Part shown: positions 8,977 through 19,323 of the stretch, piece by piece | How the letters are laid out: each line of letters begins with the position of its first letter | How positions within the stretch are numbered: position 1 is the first letter of the stretch | Assembly (NCBI GenBank): GCA_050287845.1 | Contig: JBNKCR010000021.1 | Coordinates: forward strand, 1 to 40,251 | Source of the DNA: Polyangia bacterium | GTDB lineage: Bacteria; Myxococcota_A; Polyangia; JAAYKL01 | Direction: 5' to 3' | DNA length: 40,251 nt | Made by a program: the position numbers and the translations under genes | Notes under the pieces: generated by a model | What the model was told of the DNA's origin: nothing | Databases searched by the model: none | Seen by the model: the letters and a program-made list of their open reading frames with translations, nothing else

Positions 8977-9852
8977 CTAACCTTCAAAATATCTGGCTGT
9001 TCCGGGGAAACGACCAGATGGATTCGGATAGTTGTATTTGGGGCGGCCAAGTGCAATCACCGCATACACTGTTTCTTCCGCCGGAATGCCCACCGTATTT
9101 GCAATGCGCGCATCCCGCTTCATGGCTTCAACGGCAAATCCGATGATACAGGAGCCAATCCCCATGGTATGTGCGCCGAGGCAGATGTTCTGTGTCGCCA
9201 GCAATGCGTCGTCGTGGGCACAGAATGCCCCGGGACGCATGCTGATGATGATGGCCCCGGTCGCTCCATGAAACAGCAAATCCGTGCGATCGTTATCCCA
9301 CCGTTTCAGACTGTCGGCAACCTGTGTGTAATAGCGCGCGTAATATTTGCCGAGGATGTCGTTCATGAACAGTTTGGCGTAAAATCGAAGGAATGGGTTT
9401 TCGGCCTGGCGGTTGAGTTTGCGATAAAACCGGGAGATGGCCTCGGCGTAGGTTTCCACCGCGGAACGGGTAGGCAATACAGTGAACTCCCATTTCTGCG
9501 CATTGGTTCCCGATGGCGCCCACTTTCCAAAGGTGATCAAATCATCAAATTCTGCCCGGGTCAGTGGATCGGGCCGATAGTCGCGGCAGGAACGACGATG
9601 CATGACAATATCGAACAGCGCAGTGGCTTCACTTGCATATTCCCCCTTGAGCATAGGTACTTCTATATCAGCAACATATACTGCGTTTTCCGGACAGACG
9701 GCGACACACTGTCCGCAATGCATTGACTTGTGGCCAGTCACCACCGCCTTGCCGTTGATGATTTCGATGGCGTCATAGGGACACACGGATACGCATTTGC
9801 CGCACCCGGTGCATTGGTCAGTTCTGATAGTTGTCCTGATGTGGTAACCCAT
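8977..9852 (-). CDS. Nitroreductase family protein with N-terminal ferredoxin ([4Fe-4S]) domain
   Basis: CTGCGKCVSVCP and SMHCGQCVAVCP; RRSCRDY, APSGTNAQ, GIGSCIIG nitroreductase motifs. Confidence 0.9.
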   Translation of the reverse strand: MGYHIRTTIRTDQCTGCGKCVSVCPYDAIEIINGKAVVTGHKSMHCGQCVAVCPENAVYVADIEVPMLKGEYASEATALFDIVMHRRSCRDYRPDPLTRAEFDDLITFGKWAPSGTNAQKWEFTVLPTRSAVETYAEAISRFYRKLNRQAENPFLRFYAKLFMNDILGKYYARYYTQVADSLKRWDNDRTDLLFHGATGAIIISMRPGAFCAHDDALLATQNICLGAHTMGIGSCIIGFAVEAMKRDARIANTVGIPAEETVYAVIALGRPKYNYPNPSGRFPGTARYFEG

Positions 9853-10045
9853 GGCCCATTAATGACAAATCGGTTGGTGGAGTTGAAGCTCTTTTTTAGG
9901 CAAAATGCATTTTTTTACCGGGCAGCGCTAAATACCGGACCCGATTATGACGTTATTGAGACTGGGAACACAATTGTTTCCTGAAATATCAGAACGGTTT
10001 CATCCGTTGGATTGAGGGCGGTAATGATTTACGGGAGCGAACGAT

Positions 10046-10258
10046 ATGAAAGCATTGCTACTATACTTTCTGATTGGAGCGATTGTTTCGGTCTGGACGG
10101 CCATCAATCAGCAACAGGTTGAACTGGAAGAAGAGGAAGAAGATGGCGCCGGAGGCTCTTATGCCGTGGCGTATATTCTGATAGCCATTGCCTGGCCCGT
10201 GTCGGTTGTGGTGTCTCTGTATTCGTTGCTTTCCAGTCTTTTTGTAAAAGACTCCTGA
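10046..10258 (+). CDS. Small two-TM membrane protein with acidic loop
   Basis: RBS GGGAG; two hydrophobic segments flanking EEEEED. Confidence 0.65.
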   Translation: MKALLLYFLIGAIVSVWTAINQQQVELEEEEEDGAGGSYAVAYILIAIAWPVSVVVSLYSLLSSLFVKDS

Positions 10259-10415
10259 AACACATCCGCTTTTTTTCCGCTGTTGGCACACTTCCATTTT
10301 TATACCAGAATGTACCCTTTTGCAGTCCAATCCATGTTGATGGGTGTTGGGACAGGTTTCCTCGACCGGAATCAGATATTGACTCGCCGCGTCGTTCTGT
10401 TTTGGTAGGTTTTGA

Positions 10416-10443
10416 TTGCAGGAAAAAGTGTCTCTGGTATGGT
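10416..10443 (+). promoter_or_regulatory. Candidate sigma70 promoter of the S1 gene
   Basis: TTGCAG-16 nt-TATGGT with extended -10 TGn; ~50 nt upstream of ATG 10494. Confidence 0.35.
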
Positions 10444-10493
10444 GCACCCCGAACTGATTCAGTCTTCCGACTGAATGTTTCCGGAGAAAAAAT

Positions 10494-11687
10494 ATGACCG
10501 TAGATAATTTTGAAGACCTGTTAAATGATTCATTTGCCGCGGAAGCGAGCATTGCGATTGGCCAGAAAATCACTGCCAGGGTGGTATCCATTGGCGCGGA
10601 GTATGTATTTCTGGATTTGGGTACCCGTTCCGAGGGAATGGTGTTGAGAGATGAACTTACCCGGGATGGCGAATTGAGTGTCAAAATTGGTGACGCTGTT
10701 GAAGTTGTGACGTCCGCATTGAAGGACGGTGCGATGCTGTGCGCAACCCGGCTGGGGCATAGCAGCGTGGAACGGACCGACGACACCGCGGCTCTGGTGG
10801 CCCAGTTGCAGGATGCCTTCGATGCCGGGTTGACCGTGGAAGGCAAGGTCAAGGAAGTGAACAAAGGGGGATTCAATGTGGATATTTTTGGTGTCAGAGC
10901 GTTCTGTCCCATCTCGCAAATCGATAGCTCATACTGTGATAAACCCGATGAACATGTTGGCAGAACATATGAATTTGTGATTACCCGTCTCGAGAACGAT
11001 GGCCGAAATGTGGTGGTCAGCAGACGGATTCTTCTCCAGAGAGCAGCTGAACTGGCCAAAGAAAAAGCATTTGAGACGCTGGCAGTGGGCCAGGTTCTCG
11101 AAGGAACAGTGTCCTCGCTGCAGCCATATGGCGCGTTTATCCGTATGGGAGATGTGGAGGGGCTGCTGCATATTTCTGAGATTTCTCATACCCGATTGAA
11201 GCATCCGGAAGAGGTTCTTGCACCGGGACAGACTTTGAGCGTGCAAATCAAGGAACTTGATGCGGTGAAGAAGAAGATTTCATTGAGCATGAAATCCCTT
11301 CTCGAAGATCCATGGGACGAGTTTGCTGGCACCACCACAACCGGCACGGTACTTGTGGGAAAAGTGATGAAAATAGCGGATTTCGGCGCGTTCGTCGAAA
11401 TTGGCAATGGCATTCAGGGACTGGTACATGTTTCACAGATGAAGACAGGGGCCCATGTGAGCAATCCCAGAGCCGTGGTGTCAGTGGGTCAGGAAGTGGA
11501 AGTTCGGGTACTGGAAGTGGATCCCCAGACCAGAAGAGTCTCCCTCGCGATGGTAGACCGGGATGCTGAACAGGAACAGGAAAATACCGAGGCATTTCGC
11601 AAAGCGACTCAGAAGTCATCCGCTTCGGCGGGAAGCACGTCCATGGGAACCCTGGGAGACCTGCTGGGGAATTCTCTGAAAAAGTAG
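10494..11687 (+). CDS. S1 RNA-binding domain protein (short, four-domain RpsA-like)
   Basis: Four S1 repeats (GQKITARVVSI; VEGKVKEVNKGGF..AFCPISQID; GTVSSLQPYGAF..GLLHISEIS; GKVMKIADFGAF..GLVHVSQM); tail SMGTLGDLL. Confidence 0.9.
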   Translation: MTVDNFEDLLNDSFAAEASIAIGQKITARVVSIGAEYVFLDLGTRSEGMVLRDELTRDGELSVKIGDAVEVVTSALKDGAMLCATRLGHSSVERTDDTAALVAQLQDAFDAGLTVEGKVKEVNKGGFNVDIFGVRAFCPISQIDSSYCDKPDEHVGRTYEFVITRLENDGRNVVVSRRILLQRAAELAKEKAFETLAVGQVLEGTVSSLQPYGAFIRMGDVEGLLHISEISHTRLKHPEEVLAPGQTLSVQIKELDAVKKKISLSMKSLLEDPWDEFAGTTTTGTVLVGKVMKIADFGAFVEIGNGIQGLVHVSQMKTGAHVSNPRAVVSVGQEVEVRVLEVDPQTRRVSLAMVDRDAEQEQENTEAFRKATQKSSASAGSTSMGTLGDLLGNSLKK

Positions 11688-12040
11688 CTGCCCCTCCCTG
11701 TACGTCTGCCAACGATACGGATGGCTTTATCGGGATGCGGTCTTCTGGTGCCACCATGTCTGCCGGAGTTCTCACGGAATCGTTGGGTGAAGAATTGAAC
11801 TCCACGAAATCGTTTGTCTTTTTCAGAAAATGTTGCGAGGTTTAAAAATTCAGTGAAACTGATGTCTTTCAGTAGTACATTAATCGCCATGCAGAAGTAC
11901 CTGGCGTCATTGATTCACGGTGAACGTGAAAGGGAGGGCGCCTCGATACTTCCGGAATCCATGGTCTCCGGCGGAAGTGTTGAATTCATCGTCACCGGTG
12001 AATCTGCGGGTTCTGTTTTTATCTGTTTGAAGAGGAGCGC

Positions 12041-13207
12041 ATGTCATACAGAATTCTGATTGTAGACGACGATAGTTCCACGCGAAATCTGCTCAAGATT
12101 TATCTGTCTCAATGGGGGTACGAGTGCACGCTGGCTGAAGACGGAAGTCACGCGTGGGAGCTGTATCAGCAGAGTGATTTCGATATGGTGCTGACCGATT
12201 GGATGATGCCCGGTATCCAGGGGCCGGAACTCTGCCAGATGATTCGGAATTACGACAAGGGTGGTTACACATATGTAATTATCTGTACGGTGAAGGACAA
12301 TGTGAAAAACGTTGTTGAAGGGATCGAGTCCGGTGCGGATGATTATGTCACCAAGCCGTTCGATCGAAATGAACTGAAGGTTCGAATCACAGCAGGAGAG
12401 CGGGTCCTCCGACTCGAATATTCCCTTGAAAAAAACAATGAGCGTCTGCAGCGAAACCTGAAGCAGGCGGCAATTTCTCTGGAAAGTATGTTGCCGGCGC
12501 GTGGATTCGGGGTGCCTATCAGTCACAACTGGATCTTTCGTCCCGCTGCCTATATCGGAGGAGATCTGTTCAATGTATTTTCTCTGGATGAACACCGAAC
12601 CAGCATCTTTTCCATCGACGTTTCGGGGCATGGTGTGGCGTCGGCATTGTTTGCCGTGACTTTAAGCAACATGTTGCGACCATGGGGAATGTCCAGCGGT
12701 ACCAGAGGAGAGGGGAACCGATATGGCATTGAGAATCTGGCATCTCCAGCGATGGTGGCGGGCGCGCTGAATGAACGGTTTCCATTGAAGCCGCCGACGG
12801 ACCTTTATTTCACGATGTTCTACGGCGTGTACAATCATCAGGATGGGATTCTGCGCTGGGTCAGAGCCGGACATCCGCCGCCCATCCACGTCAGAAAAGA
12901 TTCGGTGTCGCTGCTGGATGGGGGAGATCCGCCGATAGGGTTTCTTTCTGATTACGATTTTTCAGAATTTGAGTCCAGGCTGATCGCCGGGGATCGGCTG
13001 TATCTTTATACCGATGGAATTATTGATGTCACCAATCCCACGTTTACGCCCTTTGGTCTGGAGCGATTGAAAAATGAGCTGGCGACCATATCTCAGATGC
13101 CCCTCGACAAGGCGCTCCCGGCATTCGAAAAGAAAATTGTCGCATATCGACAGGGCGAAGAATTTGAGGATGACCTGAGCCTGCTCGCCGTGGAATTTTC
13201 AAGATGA
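12041..13207 (+). CDS. Response regulator receiver fused to SpoIIE/RsbU-type PP2C phosphatase
   Basis: REC: ILIVDDD, TDWMMP, KPF; PP2C: GGDL, DVSGHG, AGHPPP, YTDG, EDD; RBS GAGGAG. Confidence 0.93.
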   Translation: MSYRILIVDDDSSTRNLLKIYLSQWGYECTLAEDGSHAWELYQQSDFDMVLTDWMMPGIQGPELCQMIRNYDKGGYTYVIICTVKDNVKNVVEGIESGADDYVTKPFDRNELKVRITAGERVLRLEYSLEKNNERLQRNLKQAAISLESMLPARGFGVPISHNWIFRPAAYIGGDLFNVFSLDEHRTSIFSIDVSGHGVASALFAVTLSNMLRPWGMSSGTRGEGNRYGIENLASPAMVAGALNERFPLKPPTDLYFTMFYGVYNHQDGILRWVRAGHPPPIHVRKDSVSLLDGGDPPIGFLSDYDFSEFESRLIAGDRLYLYTDGIIDVTNPTFTPFGLERLKNELATISQMPLDKALPAFEKKIVAYRQGEEFEDDLSLLAVEFSR

Positions 13208-16054
13208 TGCGTTGTTCCTCACGGCGATGATAGCTTTCAGAGCCTTTTGAATTTGTGAGAGATTCTGTTTGGAGGCATCCAGCTCTCCCTGTCTGATATT
13301 GGATTCCATATCGGCGCAATGCTGTGCCATCTGCTTCAGGAAAAGATTGGCGGAGCTGCCCCTGACTGCATGCACTTTTCGCGCGAGTTCCACCGAGTCG
13401 TTTCGGGCGAAGTCTTTGTCCATTGAAGCAATGATTCTGCTGTTGGATTCGATATACTGGTCGAGCAGATAGTGATACTCCTTCATATCGAGCATCATGT
13501 CCCTGGCGATGGATTCCAGAGACAGGGATGCCAGGGCGTCATCGGCATTGGCCGCCTCCGATACGGAAGCTGGCTTCGACGCTATACCGGGGTATTCCAG
13601 ATTGGGATCCGGAATATACGAGACCAGAGGTACGTTTCCGGATATCAACTGACCGACGGCATCATTGAAATCTTCCCTGCCTAACGGTTTAGGCAGGATT
13701 TCCACGTTGGAAAAGGAAAACAGTTGATTCATCACAGAAGCGTTTTTTTCGGATTCGGTCAGGGCGATCACTCCAATGGATGAATAGTGTTCGTCATGCT
13801 GGAGATATCTCAGCAATGCAATGATGTCGATGTCAACAGTGGCCAGATCGACAAACAGGAGATGCGGGTGAAGACTGCCAATGTTCACGAGACCCTCCAC
13901 GAGCGAGTTTACCAGCCTGAATGATGATGTGGGCAGCATTCGCTGCAGATTGTTCTTCACCGCCTTCGCACTGGTATCATCCGATGAAATCATCAGAGAA
14001 CGGATTTTACTTCGGACTTCCTCTTTCGATCCGATACCGAGATGCTTGTACAGCACTTTCTGGAGAATATCGCGCTTTATGGGTTTGGTAATGTAGTCGT
14101 TCATGCCATTTTGCAGGCAGTTCTCCATATCGCCCTTCATTGCACTGGCGGTGAGTGCGACAATGGGAACCTTGTTCCCGGTTTCTCTGATTTTCCGGGT
14201 GACTTCGAGGCCACTCATTCCCGGCATCTGCATGTCCATCAGAATGAGATCGTAGATCTCGGCGCGGGCCATGTGCAATGCCTGGATGCCATCCGCCGCG
14301 ATATGCACGGCGTGTCCCATGCGTTCTATCATGGTGATCATCAATTGCTGATTGACTTCGTGGTCTTCGGCGACAAGTATCTGCGCACTGGTAAATGGCG
14401 CAGCGGAGATACTTGTACCGGTGAATGTGTTTTTGGGCTGTCTCGTGAAGCCGAACAGCTTCTGAATGATGACCATCAATCTTTTTTTGCTTACCGGTTT
14501 GGTCAGGTATCCATCATAGCCGGTTTTGGCCTGTTTGGTCGGATTATAAATGTGGGAGATGCCCAGGATCTGTATCACATCGTTGAGGGAAGCGGACCGG
14601 ATGGCAACCGGGATTCGCTCACCATTGGGTGTATTCAGCGTGGTATCCACCAGCGCAATATCGACGTGTTTGCCGCCGATGATGTCGATGGCACTGCCCA
14701 TGGAGGTTGCGCGGATAACTTCCACATCAAATTCCACCAATATATTCGCAAGGATGTCCAATGAGATTTCGTTGTCATCTACGATAACAGCTGTTTTGCC
14801 CTGGTACAGAGAGGTGAAGACGTCGAGCTCGATGGGTTCCGATGACGGCGGACGTCTCTCCAGCCACACATCGAATGTGAATGTCGACCCCTCATGCTTC
14901 TTGCTCTTGAGACGAATGGTTCCATCCATCAATGACACCAGGTTCTTACAGATGGCCAACCCAAGTCCCGTACCGCCATACTGCCTGGTGATGGAGTCAT
15001 CTGCCTGGACAAAGGGTTCAAATATTTTGACTATCTTTTCATTTTCAATACCGATACCAGTGTCCTGCACTGTAAACTCGACATTGACTTTTGTGCCGGC
15101 GTGCCCCACTTCCCGGGCCTTCACGAAAATATATCCTTCACTGGTGAATTTTGCGGCGTTACTCAGCAGATTGGTCAGTATCTGCCGCAGACGCATGGGA
15201 TCACCGAGCACATCGGTATTGAGTCCGGATGTGTCCGCCAATAATTCCACATTGTCGTTGGCCGCCTTGATGTGCACCAGGTGCATGGTCTGGAAAATCA
15301 ATTTTTCAAGGTTGAAACTGACTTTTTCAAACACCAGCTTGTTCGCTTCAATCTTTGACAAATCAAGGATGTTATCGAGCAGAGACAGCAGATTTTCAGC
15401 ACTGTACTCTATCATTTTCAGCGCATGGCGTTGCTCTGCAGTAATATCGTCATCAAGCAACATTTCGGTGTAACCGACGATGGCGTTCATCGGTGTTCGA
15501 ATTTCATGGCTGGTATTGGCCAGAAATGCGCTTTTAGCCTTACTTGCCTCTTCGGCCTTTCGCGCGTACTGGTTTTTAATCTCCATGGCTTTTTCGAGCT
15601 CCATATTGGCCAGCTCGATTTTCATTTTCGATTCCTTGAGTTCCTGCTGCGTGTTTTTCTGCTCGGTGATATCGAGAAATACCGAGAACAGGCACTCCTT
15701 ATTTTTTATTTTAACCAGTTCGGCGGTCCAGGACACGTACAGATAGGATCCGTCGGGTCTCTTGTATTTGCGCTCCACGCCGCGGATTACTCCGCCGTTT
15801 TCGAGGACGCGTATCGCCACGTCACGGTCGTCCTCCGAAATCAGATTTAAATCCAATGCAGTCTGACCGATGGTATAGGCGCGTTTCAGTCCGAAAGTTT
15901 CGAAGAACACGTCATTGGCATTAATCACCCGCCCGGATCGAAAAGAAGTGATAAGCATCGCTGCAAGATTCGTATGGAACACATCTTTGGTCAGCTCGTC
16001 AGACTCGGGAATGATGCTGAAAGTGTCTCTTACATTACGGGGATAATCGTCCAT
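13199..16054 (-). CDS. Cytoplasmic hybrid histidine kinase PAS-HisKA-HATPase-REC-REC-REC-Hpt
   Basis: PAS (INANDVF..G), H-box ANTSHEIRTPMN, N-box NLLSNAAKF, DTGIGI, GGTGLGL, three receivers, Hpt VHAVRGSSAN; no TM. Start taken at ATG 16054 (ORF track 16069). Confidence 0.92.
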   Translation of the reverse strand: MDDYPRNVRDTFSIIPESDELTKDVFHTNLAAMLITSFRSGRVINANDVFFETFGLKRAYTIGQTALDLNLISEDDRDVAIRVLENGGVIRGVERKYKRPDGSYLYVSWTAELVKIKNKECLFSVFLDITEQKNTQQELKESKMKIELANMELEKAMEIKNQYARKAEEASKAKSAFLANTSHEIRTPMNAIVGYTEMLLDDDITAEQRHALKMIEYSAENLLSLLDNILDLSKIEANKLVFEKVSFNLEKLIFQTMHLVHIKAANDNVELLADTSGLNTDVLGDPMRLRQILTNLLSNAAKFTSEGYIFVKAREVGHAGTKVNVEFTVQDTGIGIENEKIVKIFEPFVQADDSITRQYGGTGLGLAICKNLVSLMDGTIRLKSKKHEGSTFTFDVWLERRPPSSEPIELDVFTSLYQGKTAVIVDDNEISLDILANILVEFDVEVIRATSMGSAIDIIGGKHVDIALVDTTLNTPNGERIPVAIRSASLNDVIQILGISHIYNPTKQAKTGYDGYLTKPVSKKRLMVIIQKLFGFTRQPKNTFTGTSISAAPFTSAQILVAEDHEVNQQLMITMIERMGHAVHIAADGIQALHMARAEIYDLILMDMQMPGMSGLEVTRKIRETGNKVPIVALTASAMKGDMENCLQNGMNDYITKPIKRDILQKVLYKHLGIGSKEEVRSKIRSLMISSDDTSAKAVKNNLQRMLPTSSFRLVNSLVEGLVNIGSLHPHLLFVDLATVDIDIIALLRYLQHDEHYSSIGVIALTESEKNASVMNQLFSFSNVEILPKPLGREDFNDAVGQLISGNVPLVSYIPDPNLEYPGIASKPASVSEAANADDALASLSLESIARDMMLDMKEYHYLLDQYIESNSRIIASMDKDFARNDSVELARKVHAVRGSSANLFLKQMAQHCADMESNIRQGELDASKQNLSQIQKALKAIIAVRNNASS

Positions 16055-16309
16055 AGCTTCTTCTCTCAAAATCAGTGTGGTTCATCACTGACTCATAGCA
16101 TTATCGTGAAACATTTCTAAGAGAAATCTGGTTGGCACTTGTCAACAATCCAAACTTCAGTTTTCCTTAAACCAGAACTTTCGTATAATTTCCAGTGCCT
16201 GGTGCGGTCAACGCGTCAGATTCCCCGGCCAATGCTTAACTTTCTTCTTCTTCTGTCGATATTTCACCTGAAACCGTATGGCGGCATCTCGGAGAATTTC
16301 TGTTGTATT

Positions 16310-17995
16310 ATGAATAACATTCGCGACAATCGATTACTGGTGATTGACGACGACATCGGCGTTCGCACCAGTATCTGCATGTATATGGAAGATCAGGGAT
16401 ACAAAGTCTTCGAGGCGTCAAACGGTGAAGAGGGACTGCGGCTGGTGGTGGAAATGAATCCGGCAATGGTATTCTGTGACTTGCGCCTGCCGGGGCTCGA
16501 CGGCCTTGATGTGCTTCAGCGCATTACATCGGAACATCCGGGAACACCCATTATTGTCATTTCAGGAGCGGGACGCATCCAGGATGTGGTGGAAGCGCTC
16601 AGGCGAGGAGCGTGGAACTATATTTCCAAGCCCATTGAAAATATGGCGGTGCTGAAACACGTGGCAGAACAGGCCCTGGAAAAGGCGATGCTTCAGCGGG
16701 AAAACCTGCAATATCATGCCTATCTGGAAAAAGAGGTGGTTCGGCGCACTCGGGAGCTGGTAAAAAGTACGGCACGGGCAAAAATTCTGGCGGAAGAGGC
16801 GAATGCCGCGAATTGCGCCAAAGGGGAGTTTCTGTCTAACATGTCGCATGAGTTGCGCACGCCACTGAACAGTATCGTGGTACTGGCCAGAGTACTTGCA
16901 GAAAACCGGCAGCAGAATCTCAATGATAAACAGGTTGAAATGCTGGAGCAGATTTCATCATCCGGCCACGAATTGCTGGGACTGGTGAATGAAGTCCTGG
17001 ATGTCGCGGAGTTTGAAAGCTCCCAGGTGCAACTCGACAAAAAGATGATTTCCATTCGGAAATTCGTAACCCGGATTGACCGGATTGCATCGCCGTTGGC
17101 GTGGCAGAAGGGATTGGCGTATTATATTGAACTGGCTGACGATGCACCGGAAAAATTTTACTCCGATGAATCGAAGGTGTCCCGAATCATCCGCAGTATC
17201 ATCAGCAATGCCGTGAAGTTTACGCGGGAGGGTTCCATTCGAATCCGATTCGGCAGACCTCCTGCGGAATTGCAGATAAATAACATGGGGTACGCCCGGC
17301 GGGACTTGGTGATGATCCAGATTTCGGATACGGGAATTGGCATTGAACCGGAAGTGCGACAGCGTATTTTTTCGGCATTCATGCAGGCGGACGGTGCGGA
17401 TACGCGACGGTATCAGGGGGTTGGGCTCGGTCTGGCCATTGCTGCCAGATTTACCAGTGCACTGGGCGGGGAAATTCTTCTCGAGAGCGAGCCGGGAAAG
17501 GGGAGTACGTTTACCGTTGTGCTCCCCGCGTCTGCCGACATGGCTACGTATACCGTGCGGCAGGTATCCCGGATGCCTGTCAGCAGCTACTTGCGCAGTG
17601 CCGGTCCGGGGTTTGCTGAAAACGTGCGATTCAATGGCGAGAGAATACTTATTGCAGATGATGACATGAGAGTTGTGTTCAATATGAGTGCAATGCTTGA
17701 AACCCTTGGTGCCGAAGCGCTGATTTCAAGTTCGGAAGATGGGATTGTGCAGCGGCTGTACGAAGCCTTCACCGATGAGTTACATGCCATTGATTTGCTT
17801 ATCTGTATCGCTGAAAAATTAACGCCCCGGGTCTGCACCGCCATCGAGTCGCTGAAACAGAATGCGCCGGAAGTGATTGTGCTGACTTCCAGAGAAAACG
17901 CGTCGCTTCGGGATTCGCTGAATATAAACTGTCATTTTCTGGTCTCTCCGCCCACCTACGATAAAATCGTACCTCTGATTCAACGGTTGCTGTGA
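16310..17995 (+). CDS. Cytoplasmic hybrid kinase REC-HisKA-HATPase with degenerate C-terminal receiver
   Basis: LLVIDDD..CDLRLP..KP; SNMSHELRTPLN; SNAVKF; DTGIGI; GVGLGL; last REC has ILIADDD but LLICIAE where the acceptor Asp is expected. Start ATG 16310 chosen (ORF track 16139). Confidence 0.9.
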   Translation: MNNIRDNRLLVIDDDIGVRTSICMYMEDQGYKVFEASNGEEGLRLVVEMNPAMVFCDLRLPGLDGLDVLQRITSEHPGTPIIVISGAGRIQDVVEALRRGAWNYISKPIENMAVLKHVAEQALEKAMLQRENLQYHAYLEKEVVRRTRELVKSTARAKILAEEANAANCAKGEFLSNMSHELRTPLNSIVVLARVLAENRQQNLNDKQVEMLEQISSSGHELLGLVNEVLDVAEFESSQVQLDKKMISIRKFVTRIDRIASPLAWQKGLAYYIELADDAPEKFYSDESKVSRIIRSIISNAVKFTREGSIRIRFGRPPAELQINNMGYARRDLVMIQISDTGIGIEPEVRQRIFSAFMQADGADTRRYQGVGLGLAIAARFTSALGGEILLESEPGKGSTFTVVLPASADMATYTVRQVSRMPVSSYLRSAGPGFAENVRFNGERILIADDDMRVVFNMSAMLETLGAEALISSSEDGIVQRLYEAFTDELHAIDLLICIAEKLTPRVCTAIESLKQNAPEVIVLTSRENASLRDSLNINCHFLVSPPTYDKIVPLIQRLL

Positions 17996-18017
17996 CGCCT
18001 TTGTACAGGTACAACCC

Positions 18018-19133
18018 CTATGAGAGTGGTTCGGGTATAAACTGCTTTTCGAGCTTCTGGCCCGTTGATTTTACCCGGACTTCGATATTCTCTCTGTCTT
18101 TCAAATCGGAAATCGTAAACGCAAATCCAATGATACCGCGTCTGGGAAGTACGAATCTGGAGAGGAAGGGTTTCGGATGGATCGCTCTGGCTTCGGCGAT
18201 GTCCTGACCGTTGGACGAGAGAACCAGATCTACCGGATCGTCAGAGTGCGCCCAGCACGCGTAGCCTGCAAGATGTGTGTCGTTCTGGTCCTGAATTGCG
18301 CCATGACACCATGGAAGATTTTTTCGGTGCATTTCAAAACGGTTTTGAAAGATTTTCTGCGCAGTGGTGTACAGTTCAGTGTCCGCTCTTGTTATATTTC
18401 TGATGAGGGCCAGTGTTTCATCGTCCGGAGTCTCAATCTTCTTCTGGTCATTTACATTCATGTTGAGGAGTGGCAGATTTGTTCCATAGGTGTGATTGAA
18501 TATCTCCAGACTCTGCTCATAGCTTTCGGTCAGCCCGATGAATCCTATCAGATGAATTGGGATGTGCTGAAGTATTGTAGTCTGCTGGTCTCGGAATCGT
18601 AGCGTCCTGCAGAATTCTTCAATGGACTGGTCGCATCCGTGCCAACGGACCGCATGGTTGTAGTGGGAAAGCATCTGTTCTTCCGGTCGACGCAGAAACG
18701 CCACCGTCCGAGTCAGCGGATGTACAAACGTCATGGGCGTTGCATTGACATGCCCCAGATACATGCGGGCGTTTGAATGTTTGAACTGTTGATAAAACCC
18801 GTAAAGATCAGACTGCTCAATCAGATACTTTTTAACCAGAGGTGTGGTATGGACAGATTTGGGTCCATAATTTTTTTCAATGGCCTGCAATCCAAAACTG
18901 TTTTCCGCTGCCACCCGAAAGCTGGTGCCCGCTGTTTTGGGAATGTGGATGAAAAAAAATGGATCATCCTGCCTGAAACCGGCCTGGGCCGCCTTGTGAC
19001 CGGAATTCTGAATTTCCGCATTCCTCTGTCTGGATGAGTTCAGTGGATTGTGTTTCCGGATTTCTGATAGCTTTGATTTTGAATATTTGATGAACTGTTT
19101 AACACGCATAGGGAGCTTTATTGTGCTTGCCAC
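18018..19133 (-). CDS. Sulfotransferase family (Sulfotransfer_2-like) protein
   Basis: 5'-PSB motif FFIHIPKTAGTS, 3'-PB-like FLRRPEEQMLSHY, FIGLTESYEQSL. Start uncertain (GTG 19133 or ATG 19109). Confidence 0.8.
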   Translation of the reverse strand: MASTIKLPMRVKQFIKYSKSKLSEIRKHNPLNSSRQRNAEIQNSGHKAAQAGFRQDDPFFFIHIPKTAGTSFRVAAENSFGLQAIEKNYGPKSVHTTPLVKKYLIEQSDLYGFYQQFKHSNARMYLGHVNATPMTFVHPLTRTVAFLRRPEEQMLSHYNHAVRWHGCDQSIEEFCRTLRFRDQQTTILQHIPIHLIGFIGLTESYEQSLEIFNHTYGTNLPLLNMNVNDQKKIETPDDETLALIRNITRADTELYTTAQKIFQNRFEMHRKNLPWCHGAIQDQNDTHLAGYACWAHSDDPVDLVLSSNGQDIAEARAIHPKPFLSRFVLPRRGIIGFAFTISDLKDRENIEVRVKSTGQKLEKQFIPEPLS

Positions 19134-19323
19134 TTCTATATCCTGATAGTTTGCCGAATGGCAAAAGCAATTTGATTCAGGCAAATTATGCTGATGACAC
19201 CACAAAGTCCAGTATTTTCCGGATGCCTGTTCGAGAAAAAAGGGAGGGAAGATATGGAATTTGAGGTGAAAAGTGTCTTCTTCGTATCTTGCATTTCCGG
19301 GCTGGAGTCACTACTGTGTGGCC

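Noticed and set aside
11688..12040. Small ORFs or ncRNA in the 350-bp gap after the S1 gene
   Set aside because: The ORFs lack RBS and recognisable motifs; only short hairpins are present and no RNA family is recognisable.
19235..19323. Cobalamin riboswitch upstream of pduO (agggaag...ggtgaaaagt)
   Set aside because: Spacing is wrong and the GCCACTG/B12-box elements are missing.
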